From an uncultured bacterium (GTDB lineage: Bacteria; Zixibacteria; MSB-5A5; JAABVY01; JAHJOQ01), in assembly GCA_965369655.1 (NCBI GenBank), contig CBDUQR010000019.1, forward strand, positions 1 to 50,824: DNA of 50,824 nt, read 5' to 3'. The notes under the pieces are model-generated. The model was given only the letters and a program-made list of their open reading frames with translations, did not search any database and was not told the origin of the DNA. Position 1 is the stretch's first letter. The number at the start of each line of letters is the position of its first letter. Positions 1 through 9,018 of this stretch are shown here, piece by piece. The position numbers and the translations under genes are program-made.

Positions 1-2
1 TA

Positions 3-1114
3 TAGCATTTCTCATAAATATTTTCCGTTTGGGCGCAGAAAAAACTAGACTTTTGTAAGTTGGTGTGCCATAGTCTGGTATGGCGCGGCGATTGTTGACA
101 CCGAATCCGGAGAATGCGAGTATTCATGCATTGAAGCAGACAACTCGTGTGGGTTCAAATGAGACTTCGTTGCGTTGCACAGCAATTCAATTTCTGATTG
201 CCGGCTCTTCTCGTGAACAAGTGTGTCGGGCTCTGATGATTAGCGAGCGTTCTTTGCGCAGTTGGATCAAAGCCTTCAACGAAAGCGGCGTCGATGGTCT
301 GATTGTCAGGAAACGTCCCGGTCGAACCTCAATACTTCGAGGTGAACAGGTCGCAGAGTTGGTCAATCTCATTGAGCAGCCGGAGCAAGCCGAACGGACC
401 TTCTGGACAGCCAGGGCGTTTCATGGTTACATATCAGAAGCTTATCAGGTCGAGTGCAGCTACCAGACGGTAGTGCGCTTTTTTCATCGCCAGGGCTTTG
501 CCCTGAAGGTCCCTCAGCCCTGGTCCGACCGTCAGGACGAAGCCCAACGAGAGGCGTTTCGGCAACAACTCAAAGAACTTAGCCAGCAGCCCGATGTGGA
601 TATCTGGTTTGCCGATGAGTCAGGGTTCGAGGGCGATCCGCGTCCCAGACGGCGCTGGGACAAGAAAGGCAACAAGACCCGCAGCACCAGGAACGGCGAC
701 CATCTTCGCATGAACGTCATGGGCATGGTCTGCCCGCGTACGGGCGAATTCTTTGCCATCGAAACTTCCCACTCCGACTCGGAGACCTTTCAGGCCTTCC
801 TCGATGAAGCGGACAAGTCCATAGTATTCCAAAGACCCCAAAACATCCTCATTCTGGACAACGCTTCATGGCACAAACGGAAGACAACTAACTGGCACGG
901 ATGGGGACCGGAGTATCTGCCGCCTTACTCACCCGATCTCAACCCTATTGAGCGGATATGGCTGGTCATGAAGGCTCGATGGTTCAACAACTATGTATGC
1001 AAGAATGTCGACCAACTCATTGACCGCCTCGACCAAGACATCCTCGACGTCATCAACAACCCCGAACATACCCAAAAAACCACAGCAATCGGAAAGTTAT
1101 TCTGAGAACAGCTA
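3..1114 (+). mobile_element. IS630-family insertion sequence
   Basis: Imperfect terminal inverted repeats (including flanking TA): TATAGCATTTCTCATAAATATTTTCCGTTTG (1-31) vs reverse complement of right end TATAGCTGTTCTCAGAATAACTTTCCGATTG (1086-1116). TA target duplication at 1-2 and 1115-1116. Confidence 0.92.
80..1105 (+). CDS. IS630 family transposase
   Basis: HTH N-terminus; DDE motifs [21 protein letters not shown]. Confidence 0.95.
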   Translation: MARRLLTPNPENASIHALKQTTRVGSNETSLRCTAIQFLIAGSSREQVCRALMISERSLRSWIKAFNESGVDGLIVRKRPGRTSILRGEQVAELVNLIEQPEQAERTFWTARAFHGYISEAYQVECSYQTVVRFFHRQGFALKVPQPWSDRQDEAQREAFRQQLKELSQQPDVDIWFADESGFEGDPRPRRRWDKKGNKTRSTRNGDHLRMNVMGMVCPRTGEFFAIETSHSDSETFQAFLDEADKSIVFQRPQNILILDNASWHKRKTTNWHGWGPEYLPPYSPDLNPIERIWLVMKARWFNNYVCKNVDQLIDRLDQDILDVINNPEHTQKTTAIGKLF

Positions 1115-1116
1115 TA

Positions 1117-2169
1117 GATGACATGGATTACGACGATTTCATCCAGAACTACCTGCCCACTGGCAACTACATACCTGTCAGATACAACGGCGCGAGTTCG
1201 ACCGTCACGAACGAAAACAGGTGCTATTTTGCCTGGGCAAACTATGGCGCTATTGGCAATTTCATATCAGGTGTGTCTGGTGTAATCTCATTCAACCCTG
1301 ACATAACCTGGGATTATGATCCAGTCAACGGAGTTTCCGGCTACTGTTTTCAGTCGGTCGCGGTTCATGAGATAGGGCATGCATTAGGCTACCTCACGAG
1401 GGCCGAGGAGTGGTATCAACCGAACTCAGATATCTTCGGACTCGACATCTTTCGATTCCAGCGAACTGACGGTACCGGCGACTACAATCCTGACACGTAT
1501 GAAGAATTCGAGACCACACCAAGGCTTGTTGACTATAACTATCCGAGCGATGCTCACAATTCAAACCTGTTCTACTCCAATGGATCGGATGTGGAATATC
1601 GCATGTCTGACGGCAGTCCATATCAGGCGTCGCATCTTCGTCCCGGCGTAAACGGTATCATGGTACCCTACCAATCGTCCGGACAGACTTACTACCCAAA
1701 TTACATGAGGCGCGCTGATCTGGATTTGTTCGATGCGATCGGCTGGGACTACTGGGAATCCATCCCTGACGCCGATGAAGACGGTATCCCGGATATTGAG
1801 GACAACTGCGTATTTGCGTATAATCCCGACCAGGAAGACACAGACAGTGATGCGCTCGGCGACAGTTGTGACAATTGCATGTTTGTGTACAATCCGGATC
1901 AGGCCGATGCGGATGGCGATGGCATCGGCGATGCCTGTGACTGGATTTGCGGTGATACCGACGCAAGTGGCGCTGTCGATATCGATGATGTCGTATTCCT
2001 GATTGAGTACATCTTTGCCGGTGGACCTGCGCCTGTCCCGCTTGAATCAGGCGATGCGGATTGCTCAGGTGAGGTCGACATCGATGATGTAGTCTATGAG
2101 ATAATATACATTTTCTCCGGCGGCCCCGCGCCATGCGATCCGAGCGGGGACGGAGTGCCTGATTGCTAA
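1117..2169 (+). pseudogene. 3' part of an IS-interrupted secreted zinc metalloprotease with TSP3-like Ca-binding repeats and a C-terminal dockerin-like module
   Basis: HEIGHALG zincin motif; DNC..YNPDQ.D.D.D repeats; [15 protein letters not shown]. Frame is open right up to the IS end, with no RBS or signal peptide. Confidence 0.8.
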
Positions 2170-2196
2170 CTGATGCAAAACCTGTTGCATGAATCT

Positions 2197-2230
2197 GACG
2201 GGAGTCGTTTCTCGGTTCCCGTCTTATTAT
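2197..2230 (+). terminator. Putative intrinsic terminator
   Basis: GACGGGAGTCG-tttct-CGGTTCCCGTC hairpin followed by TTATTATT. Confidence 0.55.
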
Positions 2231-2331
2231 TCTCTTGCGATTTCAATTGAACCTTCACATTGTTGTGAACAATGTTACGGTCTATGTTATGATGAAGAAA
2301 ATTATCAAATCTGCCGACAGATCAGGTTGAG

Positions 2332-2679
2332 ATGAGAAGCTTGAAATCCAAGGTCAACAACCCGAAAGTCAAGGCCGGGGACTGGAGCATAACCGACATC
2401 CTTGCGTCGTTCCGGACCATCCTGGCCAATGAACGCACAGTGCTGTCTTATATGAGGACAGCTCTGACTTTCTTCGTGGTCGGCGTAACATTCGTGCATT
2501 TCTTCGACAACGTCATCATCGTGATAATCGGGTGGATTTTCATTCCGCTCGGGATCGTCACTGTAGTGACAGGCATATTCCGCTACAATCGTGAGAAGGA
2601 TCTGATTCACCAGGTGAGCCACAGGAAAGCGCAGATTCGGGATGTTTTCTCCCCGACTCACCAGCAGGACGATTCGTGA
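2332..2679 (+). CDS. DUF202/YidH-like membrane protein
   Basis: LANERTVLSYMRTAL signature; two TM helices. Confidence 0.85.
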   Translation: MRSLKSKVNNPKVKAGDWSITDILASFRTILANERTVLSYMRTALTFFVVGVTFVHFFDNVIIVIIGWIFIPLGIVTVVTGIFRYNREKDLIHQVSHRKAQIRDVFSPTHQQDDS

Positions 2680-2691
2680 CTCAGGATGCTT

Positions 2692-2937
2692 CTACTCCCA
2701 GTCATCTTCGGCGTCTGCGTCATTTGATGCGACAGCGAGAATCTCGGCAGCCCTCTCTGAATCTTCTGCCCTGACGAACAGCTTCGATCCGCCGGTCGAA
2801 GTGAGAATGGCCGGATTCGTGCCACCCATATCATCGGAAAGTACCTGCGCCTCGATACCGCTGTTCTGGAGCAGCCCTTTCGCCATCTCTGCTTCTACTC
2901 GACGCTCAAAGGTCTTGATGCATACAATTTCTTCCAT
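2692..2937 (-). CDS. DUF2007-like putative signal transducing protein (81 aa)
   Basis: EAEMAKGLLQNSGIEA motif. AAGGAG RBS before ATG at 2937, so the true start is shorter than the ORF track. Confidence 0.8.
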   Translation of the reverse strand: MEEIVCIKTFERRVEAEMAKGLLQNSGIEAQVLSDDMGGTNPAILTSTGGSKLFVRAEDSERAAEILAVASNDADAEDDWE

Positions 2938-3204
2938 CCAGGACGTCTCCTTTCGGCCACCACATTCATGTATTTCAATATCCAGCATGAGCGGCGCGCT
3001 GTCAACCTGAATTGCTCCAAACAGCTTGACACGGGCAACCCGAGGGACTTTCTTGCGTAAACCTTTTAGACACACCTGCATTGACCGGCGCGGGCGGTTA
3101 AACATTAGGCATGCGGTTGCGTCAGTCATTCAGGCAGGTGATGGGAACATGGACAATGCCAATGTGTTGGGGATGAAGGACGCTCAAACAGTGTGAGGAG
3201 CTTG

Positions 3205-4416
3205 ATGAAAACACGAATAGCTTTTGCTGCTGCTACATTCTTGCTTTTATTTCTTATCTCGTGCGAATGGGAGACGACTCTGCCTGTGCCTCCGCCCACG
3301 CAGAAGGTGTTTCACGTTCCGAGCAATAAAGCTACAATTCAGGAGGCGATAGATGCAATTGACAAATCCGAAGAAGGCTGGGAGATAATCGTTGCCAAAG
3401 GCACATACAATTCCGAAGGGTTCTGGGATCTTGATTTCGATGGCAGGAAGTTTATCGAGCTTAGATCGGAATTTGGTCCCGACAGCACGATCATCAATCT
3501 GGAAAGGACCCACAGAGCTTTCTCGTTCACTGGTGCAGAAGACACAACGACGGTGATCCGAGGCTTCACATTCAAGTCAGGTATCGCTCCCGGTGATGAG
3601 AATACTCGGGGTGGGGCAGTTTTCGTCTATGACGCTCACCCGTTGTTTGTCGATTGTATTTTCTCACGAAATACCGGGAATAGCGGTGGTGCTGTCTACT
3701 CTGATGCCGCCAAGCCCATTTTTGACAGTTGCAAGTTTGTCGAGAATTCGGGTGAACTGGGCGGTGCAGTCTACTGTGCGAGTGGGAAGATTTACCTTCG
3801 GAACTGCGTTTTCGAAGAGAATGGTGCATCGAGCGGAGGTGCGATCTACGCCGTAACGTCGACACCAATCGTAACAGGTTCTCTGTTTGATCACAACAAG
3901 GCCTTAGCTGGTGACGGCCTTGGGGGCGCGATTTACGCAAGCCAGTCCTCGCCTCTTTTTGAAAACTGTATCTTCATTGAGAACGCCAGTGCCAAGGGCG
4001 GTGTGCTGTACAGTAGTTCGGGGACGGGAGGCTCGGTCCTGCCGAGATTCACAGACTGCACGCTCGTCGGAAATGATGCGAGTGTGGGAAGTACTCTGTT
4101 TGCCGGTGCAAACAGCGCACTCCGTATCAATTCCACAATAATTGCATTCGGAACCGGCGGCGCAGCCGTGGAACTGAGTGATGGTAGCAAGGAACCGAGA
4201 TTCGAATGCTGCGATATTTTCGGCAACGACGGTGGAGACTGGGATACAGACAGTATCCTTGCAGCTCAGCTCGATACCGCAGGCAACATGTCGTTGGATC
4301 CGCTCCTGTGCGATATTGTTACTGGAGACATGAGGTTGCAGGCTGACTCACCCTGTCTGCCCGACAACAATGAATGCGGAGTACAGATAGGCGCTCAGGT
4401 CGGAATCTGCGAGTAG
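3205..4416 (+). CDS. Lipoprotein with right-handed beta-helix (Pmp-like GGA[VI]/FxxN repeats)
   Basis: GAGGAG RBS; lipobox LISC; repeated FxxN...GGAVY. Confidence 0.85.
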   Translation: MKTRIAFAAATFLLLFLISCEWETTLPVPPPTQKVFHVPSNKATIQEAIDAIDKSEEGWEIIVAKGTYNSEGFWDLDFDGRKFIELRSEFGPDSTIINLERTHRAFSFTGAEDTTTVIRGFTFKSGIAPGDENTRGGAVFVYDAHPLFVDCIFSRNTGNSGGAVYSDAAKPIFDSCKFVENSGELGGAVYCASGKIYLRNCVFEENGASSGGAIYAVTSTPIVTGSLFDHNKALAGDGLGGAIYASQSSPLFENCIFIENASAKGGVLYSSSGTGGSVLPRFTDCTLVGNDASVGSTLFAGANSALRINSTIIAFGTGGAAVELSDGSKEPRFECCDIFGNDGGDWDTDSILAAQLDTAGNMSLDPLLCDIVTGDMRLQADSPCLPDNNECGVQIGAQVGICE

Positions 4417-4565
4417 TTACTCAATGACCTTCACTATCGTCGCATTCATCGAGAAATGTCGCGAGGTCTGGGCTGCTTTGCAGAAATAGTGTGGCGTCCC
4501 AGAAATAAATATTCATTGTCTTTTTGTGTGGCACGGGCATCCTGCCCGTGAATCATGGGTGCCAT

Positions 4566-5834
4566 CTACTCCGGTAATTCCGACTTGTTCTGAAGATATG
4601 TCAGGCTGCCGGCGCGCACAATCGAGTACTTGCCGTATTTGTTTCTGATCTTCTCGACAGCATCACCAGCAACACTTTTTCGATTCATATCGTTGTCAGA
4701 AAACAGCGATGGCTGATCCGCAGGGCATGATTTGCTGAGATTGCTGACCCGCACTCCAAGCAGCCGAATCTTCCTGCTCGCTACAAGCTCTCTCGGGAGA
4801 AGACCCCGGGCGATTTTGTAGATGAGTTCGACATCATCTGTCGGCACACTCACAGAACGCGCCCTCGTGATCGTCTTAAAATCAGCGAACCTCACACGCA
4901 GCGTGATAGTCCCGGCGGTAAACCGGTGTTTTTTCATCCGCGAGACAACCTTATCGGTGAGATGAAGAATCACCGAGTCGAGCAGCCGGAAATCTGCTGA
5001 GTCATTCTCGAATGTCTTCTCGTGCGAGATCGATTTCGGATCGGGTTTATCAATGTGAGCCAGCACGGGAGAATCGTCGAGGCCGTTGGCTATTCTCTTG
5101 AGGTGCTCGCCATTCGAACCGAATTCCCTCTTGAGTAGATCCGCTGGCATCCGGGCGAGCTGCCCGATTCTGAACACTCCGAGCGAGTTGAGCCTCGCGG
5201 TAGTCACAGGACCGACGCCGTACAATTTGGAGACATCAAGTGGAAAGAACTTTTCCTCAAGCTCGTAAGGCCAGATTGTGGTGAGGCCATCAGGTTTCTC
5301 GAGGGCGGAAGCGACCTTTGCAAGATGCTTGTTCGCCGACACTCCAATCGAGCATATCAGATGCAGCCGATTCCTGATCTCTCTCTTGAAATCAACGGCC
5401 ACTTCGACTGGATCGGGATGGATTTTCAGCGAATCGGTGATGTCAAGATATGCTTCATCGATTGATGTAACCTCGACAAATGGAGTGAATTCACAGAATA
5501 TCTCCCTGATCTTTTCAGCATAATGCGAGTAAGCACCCATCGAACCGGCGACGACAGTTGCGGTCGGACAGAGTTCGAGCGCCTTGCCCATCGCCATTCC
5601 CGATCTGACGCCGAAAGCTCTCGCCTCGTAGGAGCAGGTTGCCACAACCCCCCTGCGTGAGGCGGACGGGCCGACCAGAAGCGGCTTACCGCGAAGCTCA
5701 GGGCGATGGAGCTGTTCGACCTGGGCATAAAACGCATCCATGTCGACATGCAGGATCGCTCTTTCCGGTCGAAACTTATTGTCCGAGTAGAGCTTCCTGT
5801 CGTGCATCGTCCCGCGGCCGCCGAGTTTGAACAT
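4566..5834 (-). CDS. dinB: DNA polymerase IV (Y family); start uncertain (5834 or 5807)
   Basis: ILHVDMDAFYA, SYEAR, SIDEAYLD, KPDG motifs; QPSLF clamp-binding motif. Confidence 0.95.
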   Translation of the reverse strand: MFKLGGRGTMHDRKLYSDNKFRPERAILHVDMDAFYAQVEQLHRPELRGKPLLVGPSASRRGVVATCSYEARAFGVRSGMAMGKALELCPTATVVAGSMGAYSHYAEKIREIFCEFTPFVEVTSIDEAYLDITDSLKIHPDPVEVAVDFKREIRNRLHLICSIGVSANKHLAKVASALEKPDGLTTIWPYELEEKFFPLDVSKLYGVGPVTTARLNSLGVFRIGQLARMPADLLKREFGSNGEHLKRIANGLDDSPVLAHIDKPDPKSISHEKTFENDSADFRLLDSVILHLTDKVVSRMKKHRFTAGTITLRVRFADFKTITRARSVSVPTDDVELIYKIARGLLPRELVASRKIRLLGVRVSNLSKSCPADQPSLFSDNDMNRKSVAGDAVEKIRNKYGKYSIVRAGSLTYLQNKSELPE

Positions 5835-5946
5835 TATCCAAATGCGCCTTTCCTGCCGATCACTTTCGGCCACAGACAATATCTCGACGCAATTATACTT
5901 CAAGTACAACACGAACTGCGCGCCATAACAGACTGTCCTGCAATTG

Positions 5947-6222
5947 CTATTCGACAGCCACTCTTGTCAGCTTCCAGACCGAATAGTGCTGGTCGAACGA
6001 GAGCTCGAAAAAGTTGGAGGCTTCGTCGACCACCGCGAAATGTCGCAACCGATAACGTCCCACCTCGCTCTGCCAGTCGCCGGTCACCTTGACAATCCTG
6101 TATACTCTCTCTTTCCACCGGAATCGAACAGGCCGCATCCGCCCTTTCTCGAACAGGGCAATGACGTCGATTGACTCCTCTCCCTCAGGATCGGGATCGG
6201 CGACCGAGATCTCCTGATACAT
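5947..6222 (-). CDS. Small DUF6504-like / ImuB C-terminal-like protein
   Basis: P..FRW..R.Y.I..V...W...R.F.V...FEL..D...W.L pattern; starts 2 nt after the lexA stop. Confidence 0.7.
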   Translation of the reverse strand: MYQEISVADPDPEGEESIDVIALFEKGRMRPVRFRWKERVYRIVKVTGDWQSEVGRYRLRHFAVVDEASNFFELSFDQHYSVWKLTRVAVE

Positions 6223-6224
6223 GG

Positions 6225-6839
6225 CTACATTCTTCTGAGCAACCCGACTACTTTGCCCGCAATATAGAATCGCGGTGTGTCATGCTCGACGATGATCGGT
6301 CCGAAAGCATCATTCTCCGGTTCGAGCCTGACATGGTCCGCTTCCGGATAGAATCTCTTCACGGTCGCCTCATCTCCTATCACAGCTACGACAATGTCAC
6401 CCTTTTCGGCTGTGCCCTGTTTCCGAACGACGACAAAATCGCCGTCTGCGATACCGGCCCCGACCATGCTCTTCCCCACGACGCGGAGCGTGAAAGTCTC
6501 ACCGGATGGGACGAACGAGGTATCGACTGCAATGCTGCCTTCGATATTCTCATCGGCCAGCAGCGGTGCACCTGCCGGGACAGATCCGACCAGCGGAAGC
6601 TGCCGCACTGTGGTAAGCATACCCTCTGCGAGCTCAATCCCCCGGGAAACAAGCGGTGTTTTCCTGATGTAGCCTTTCTTTATAAGGGCGCTCAGGATCG
6701 AGCGAACACCGTTGGTCGACCTGATTGAAAACCGCTCTCCGATCTCGCGAATCGTGGGCGGAGCGCCCTTCTCACGAATACTCCGTGATATGAAATCGAA
6801 TATGTGTCTCTGCCGGTCTGTCAGCTTTGCCTTTGTCAT
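6225..6839 (-). CDS. lexA: SOS repressor LexA
   Basis: wHTH LT.RQ...PPTIREI; VPAG cleavage site; catalytic Ser (GKSM) and Lys (TVKR). Confidence 0.97.
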   Translation of the reverse strand: MTKAKLTDRQRHIFDFISRSIREKGAPPTIREIGERFSIRSTNGVRSILSALIKKGYIRKTPLVSRGIELAEGMLTTVRQLPLVGSVPAGAPLLADENIEGSIAVDTSFVPSGETFTLRVVGKSMVGAGIADGDFVVVRKQGTAEKGDIVVAVIGDEATVKRFYPEADHVRLEPENDAFGPIIVEHDTPRFYIAGKVVGLLRRM

Positions 6840-6892
6840 ACAACCACTCCTTCATACAATCACACCCGAGGCTAAGAGCGCATGGTATCATC

Positions 6893-6990
6893 GTCGCAAG
6901 GAGTTCGCCACAGGCGGACGACGTGGCGATCTCATCTCCTGGCTATCCTGCGAGAGATTGCCACGCTCCCTCAGGTCGCTCGCAATGACA
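6893..6990. repeat. Palindromic repeat (GTCATTGCGAG...GTGGCAATCTC family) in the lexA leader
   Basis: GAGATTGCCACGCTCCCT...CGCTCGCAATGACA; inverted partial copy at 30055-30091. Confidence 0.7.
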
Positions 6991-7015
6991 GCACAGTGTA
7001 ACGGTTACTCGATAT

Positions 7016-7095
7016 TGCACATCTGTTTCCTTCTTCAACACACCTCGATCATTGGTGCACAAACATACAGTAGTGCACATTTGTATCTCTGTCAA
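7016..7095 (-). promoter_or_regulatory. lexA sigma70 promoter with three candidate LexA boxes
   Basis: TTGACA (7095-7090)-N17-TACTGT (7072-7067); TGCAC-N4-RT motifs at 7016, 7056 and 7074. Confidence 0.7.
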
Positions 7096-7261
7096 GAGAA
7101 AAAACATGTCTGTGAATCATTTTCTTACGACCTGCGGTCGATACAACCATCGAAATCAATCTTAGCTATGGACATAAGTGATTTTGGACTTATATTTAAC
7201 TATTCTGATTGTCGATTGTATAAGTACTAATTGACTCCTCAATGGAGACACAAGAACCGGC

Positions 7262-8011
7262 ATGATAAAGCAAATTACTGCAACACTCGGATTGACAGCG
7301 CTGATCCTCCTGACTGCGGCGACAGGAGACTGTCTCGCACGCTATGGAGGCCGGGCGGTCATGCGGGAGTCGGGCTTCGACTTCGGCAAGACGCCGCAGG
7401 AATCGAAGGTGACGAAGAAGTTCTTCATCGTAAACGAAGGGACTGATACCCTCCGAATCATCGATATCAAACCCGGGTGAGGATGCACCAAGGCTCCAAT
7501 CTCAAAGGAGCTGATCGCTGTCGGCGACAGCGCGGAAATCGAACTGATCCTGGGTACAGGGAGAAAGAAAAACTTGTACAGCAAGTCGGCGAAGATAATC
7601 ACGAGCGACCTGCTCAACCGCACGATGTCATATAAAGTCAAGGCTTACATAGTTCCTGAGAAGTCCCCGACCTCTCCGGTGGTCTGTTTGCCGAGAAAGC
7701 TCAATCTGACGACCGACGATATTGGCACGCCGCAGAAAATCACCATCAAGAGCGTGACTGTCGATTCGCTCGACCTGGAAATCGTCTGGTTTGACGACGA
7801 TTATCTTGATGTGAAGCTGCCGAAATCTCGTATCGGCCCGGGTGAGTCGATCGACGTAATTGTCGAGATCAGGAAAGACCGGGAAAAGGAGATATTCGCC
7901 AAGTCGTTTACGATCAGGACAGGAGATAAAGAAGGGACCAGATTCACAGTCCCTGTGAAAGTTACGCCCGCGAAAAGAGTCGGAGGCAAGTCAAGATCGG
8001 GAGGGGGATGA
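7262..8011 (+). CDS. Exported DUF1573-like tandem Ig-fold protein, candidate selenoprotein (249 aa; UGA 7478-7480 = residue 73)
   Basis: ORFs 7262-7480 and 7574-8011 are one frame broken only by TGA in IKPG*GCTKAP; FDFG motif; signal peptide. Confidence 0.85.
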
Positions 8012-8102
8012 TTCCGATCGCCATCGGAATGACTGCCCCGCACATACATTGATCGAAATCAGGCAGACTGCTGAATAGACTTGACATGATGGAGGTGGCA
8101 CA

Positions 8103-8897
8103 TTGAAACGCTACGTGACACTATTTTATCTTACGCTGTTTCTAACAACGGTGGCTTCTGCCGGAACGCCGGTCGAACCTAAGACCGTGTCCGAGACGAC
8201 TGGTGATTACACCGCAGGGAGGCTTTTCTTCCCAGAACTCGAATTCGATTTCGGCTATGTTCCACAGAACGGGTCCGTGAGCCATTCGTTCTGGCTCCTC
8301 AACAAGGGGACCGACACCCTCGAAATCATCCAGGTCAAACCCGGGTGAGGCTGCACTAAAGCGCCTCTGACGAAGAGGCTGATCGCTGTCGGTGACAGCG
8401 CAGCAATTGAACTGGTTTTTTCGACAGGCAAACGCCGTGGCAGACAGAACAAATCAGCCACTGTGATAACGAGCGACATTACGAAGGGAAATACCAAGCT
8501 GAGGCTTTTCGCAGACGTCTATCCTATGGATGAACCGGTTGCCCCGGTTGTCATAGAGCCGCCTGTCATAGAGTTTGACAAAGACAAAGTAAAAGGGCAA
8601 CATACTATTACTGTAAAGAGTGTGTCCGATGTTCCACTCACTCCAAAACTGGTTGCAGGTCCTGAAACCGACTTCATCATCGATCACAGCGGTAAGCCGA
8701 TCAAGCCGGGCGCCGCGACTGGGATGACCGTGAGGCTGGCGGACGACTACGAACCGCGAATCATCAAGAAATCGTTCACGTTTGAGCTCGATGATGCGAA
8801 GCGGACGCGATTCACGATACCTGTTCGGACGGTGAAACCAAAGACGAACCCCCTGCAGCCCTCCAGCCCGGCTGCGAGAAAAACGGGAGGCATGTAG
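8103..8897 (+). CDS. Exported DUF1573-like protein, candidate selenoprotein (264 aa; UGA 8346-8348 = residue 82)
   Basis: Continuous frame VKPG*GCTKAPLTKRLIAVGDSA; GGAGG RBS; signal peptide. Confidence 0.85.
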
Positions 8898-8926
8898 ACG
8901 AACACGTCCACGAATAATCAAAGACC

Positions 8927-8959
8927 TTGACATTCACGATCAATCTGGTATGTTATAAT
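8927..8959 (+). promoter_or_regulatory. Putative sigma70 promoter for the third DUF1573-like gene
   Basis: TTGACA 8927-8932; extended -10 TGTTATAAT 8951-8959 (or TATGTT 8949-8954). Confidence 0.55.
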
Positions 8960-9018
8960 ATTAATTTGTACTTGCATCCTATGCTAAAGGTATTTTCACA
9001 TATAGGAGTCGGCGAAGT

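Noticed and set aside
8009-8032. Hairpin right after the terminal TGA of gene 1 as a second recoding site
   Set aside because: No Cys context, another TGA follows six codons later, and the paralogues end at TAG in a comparable region.
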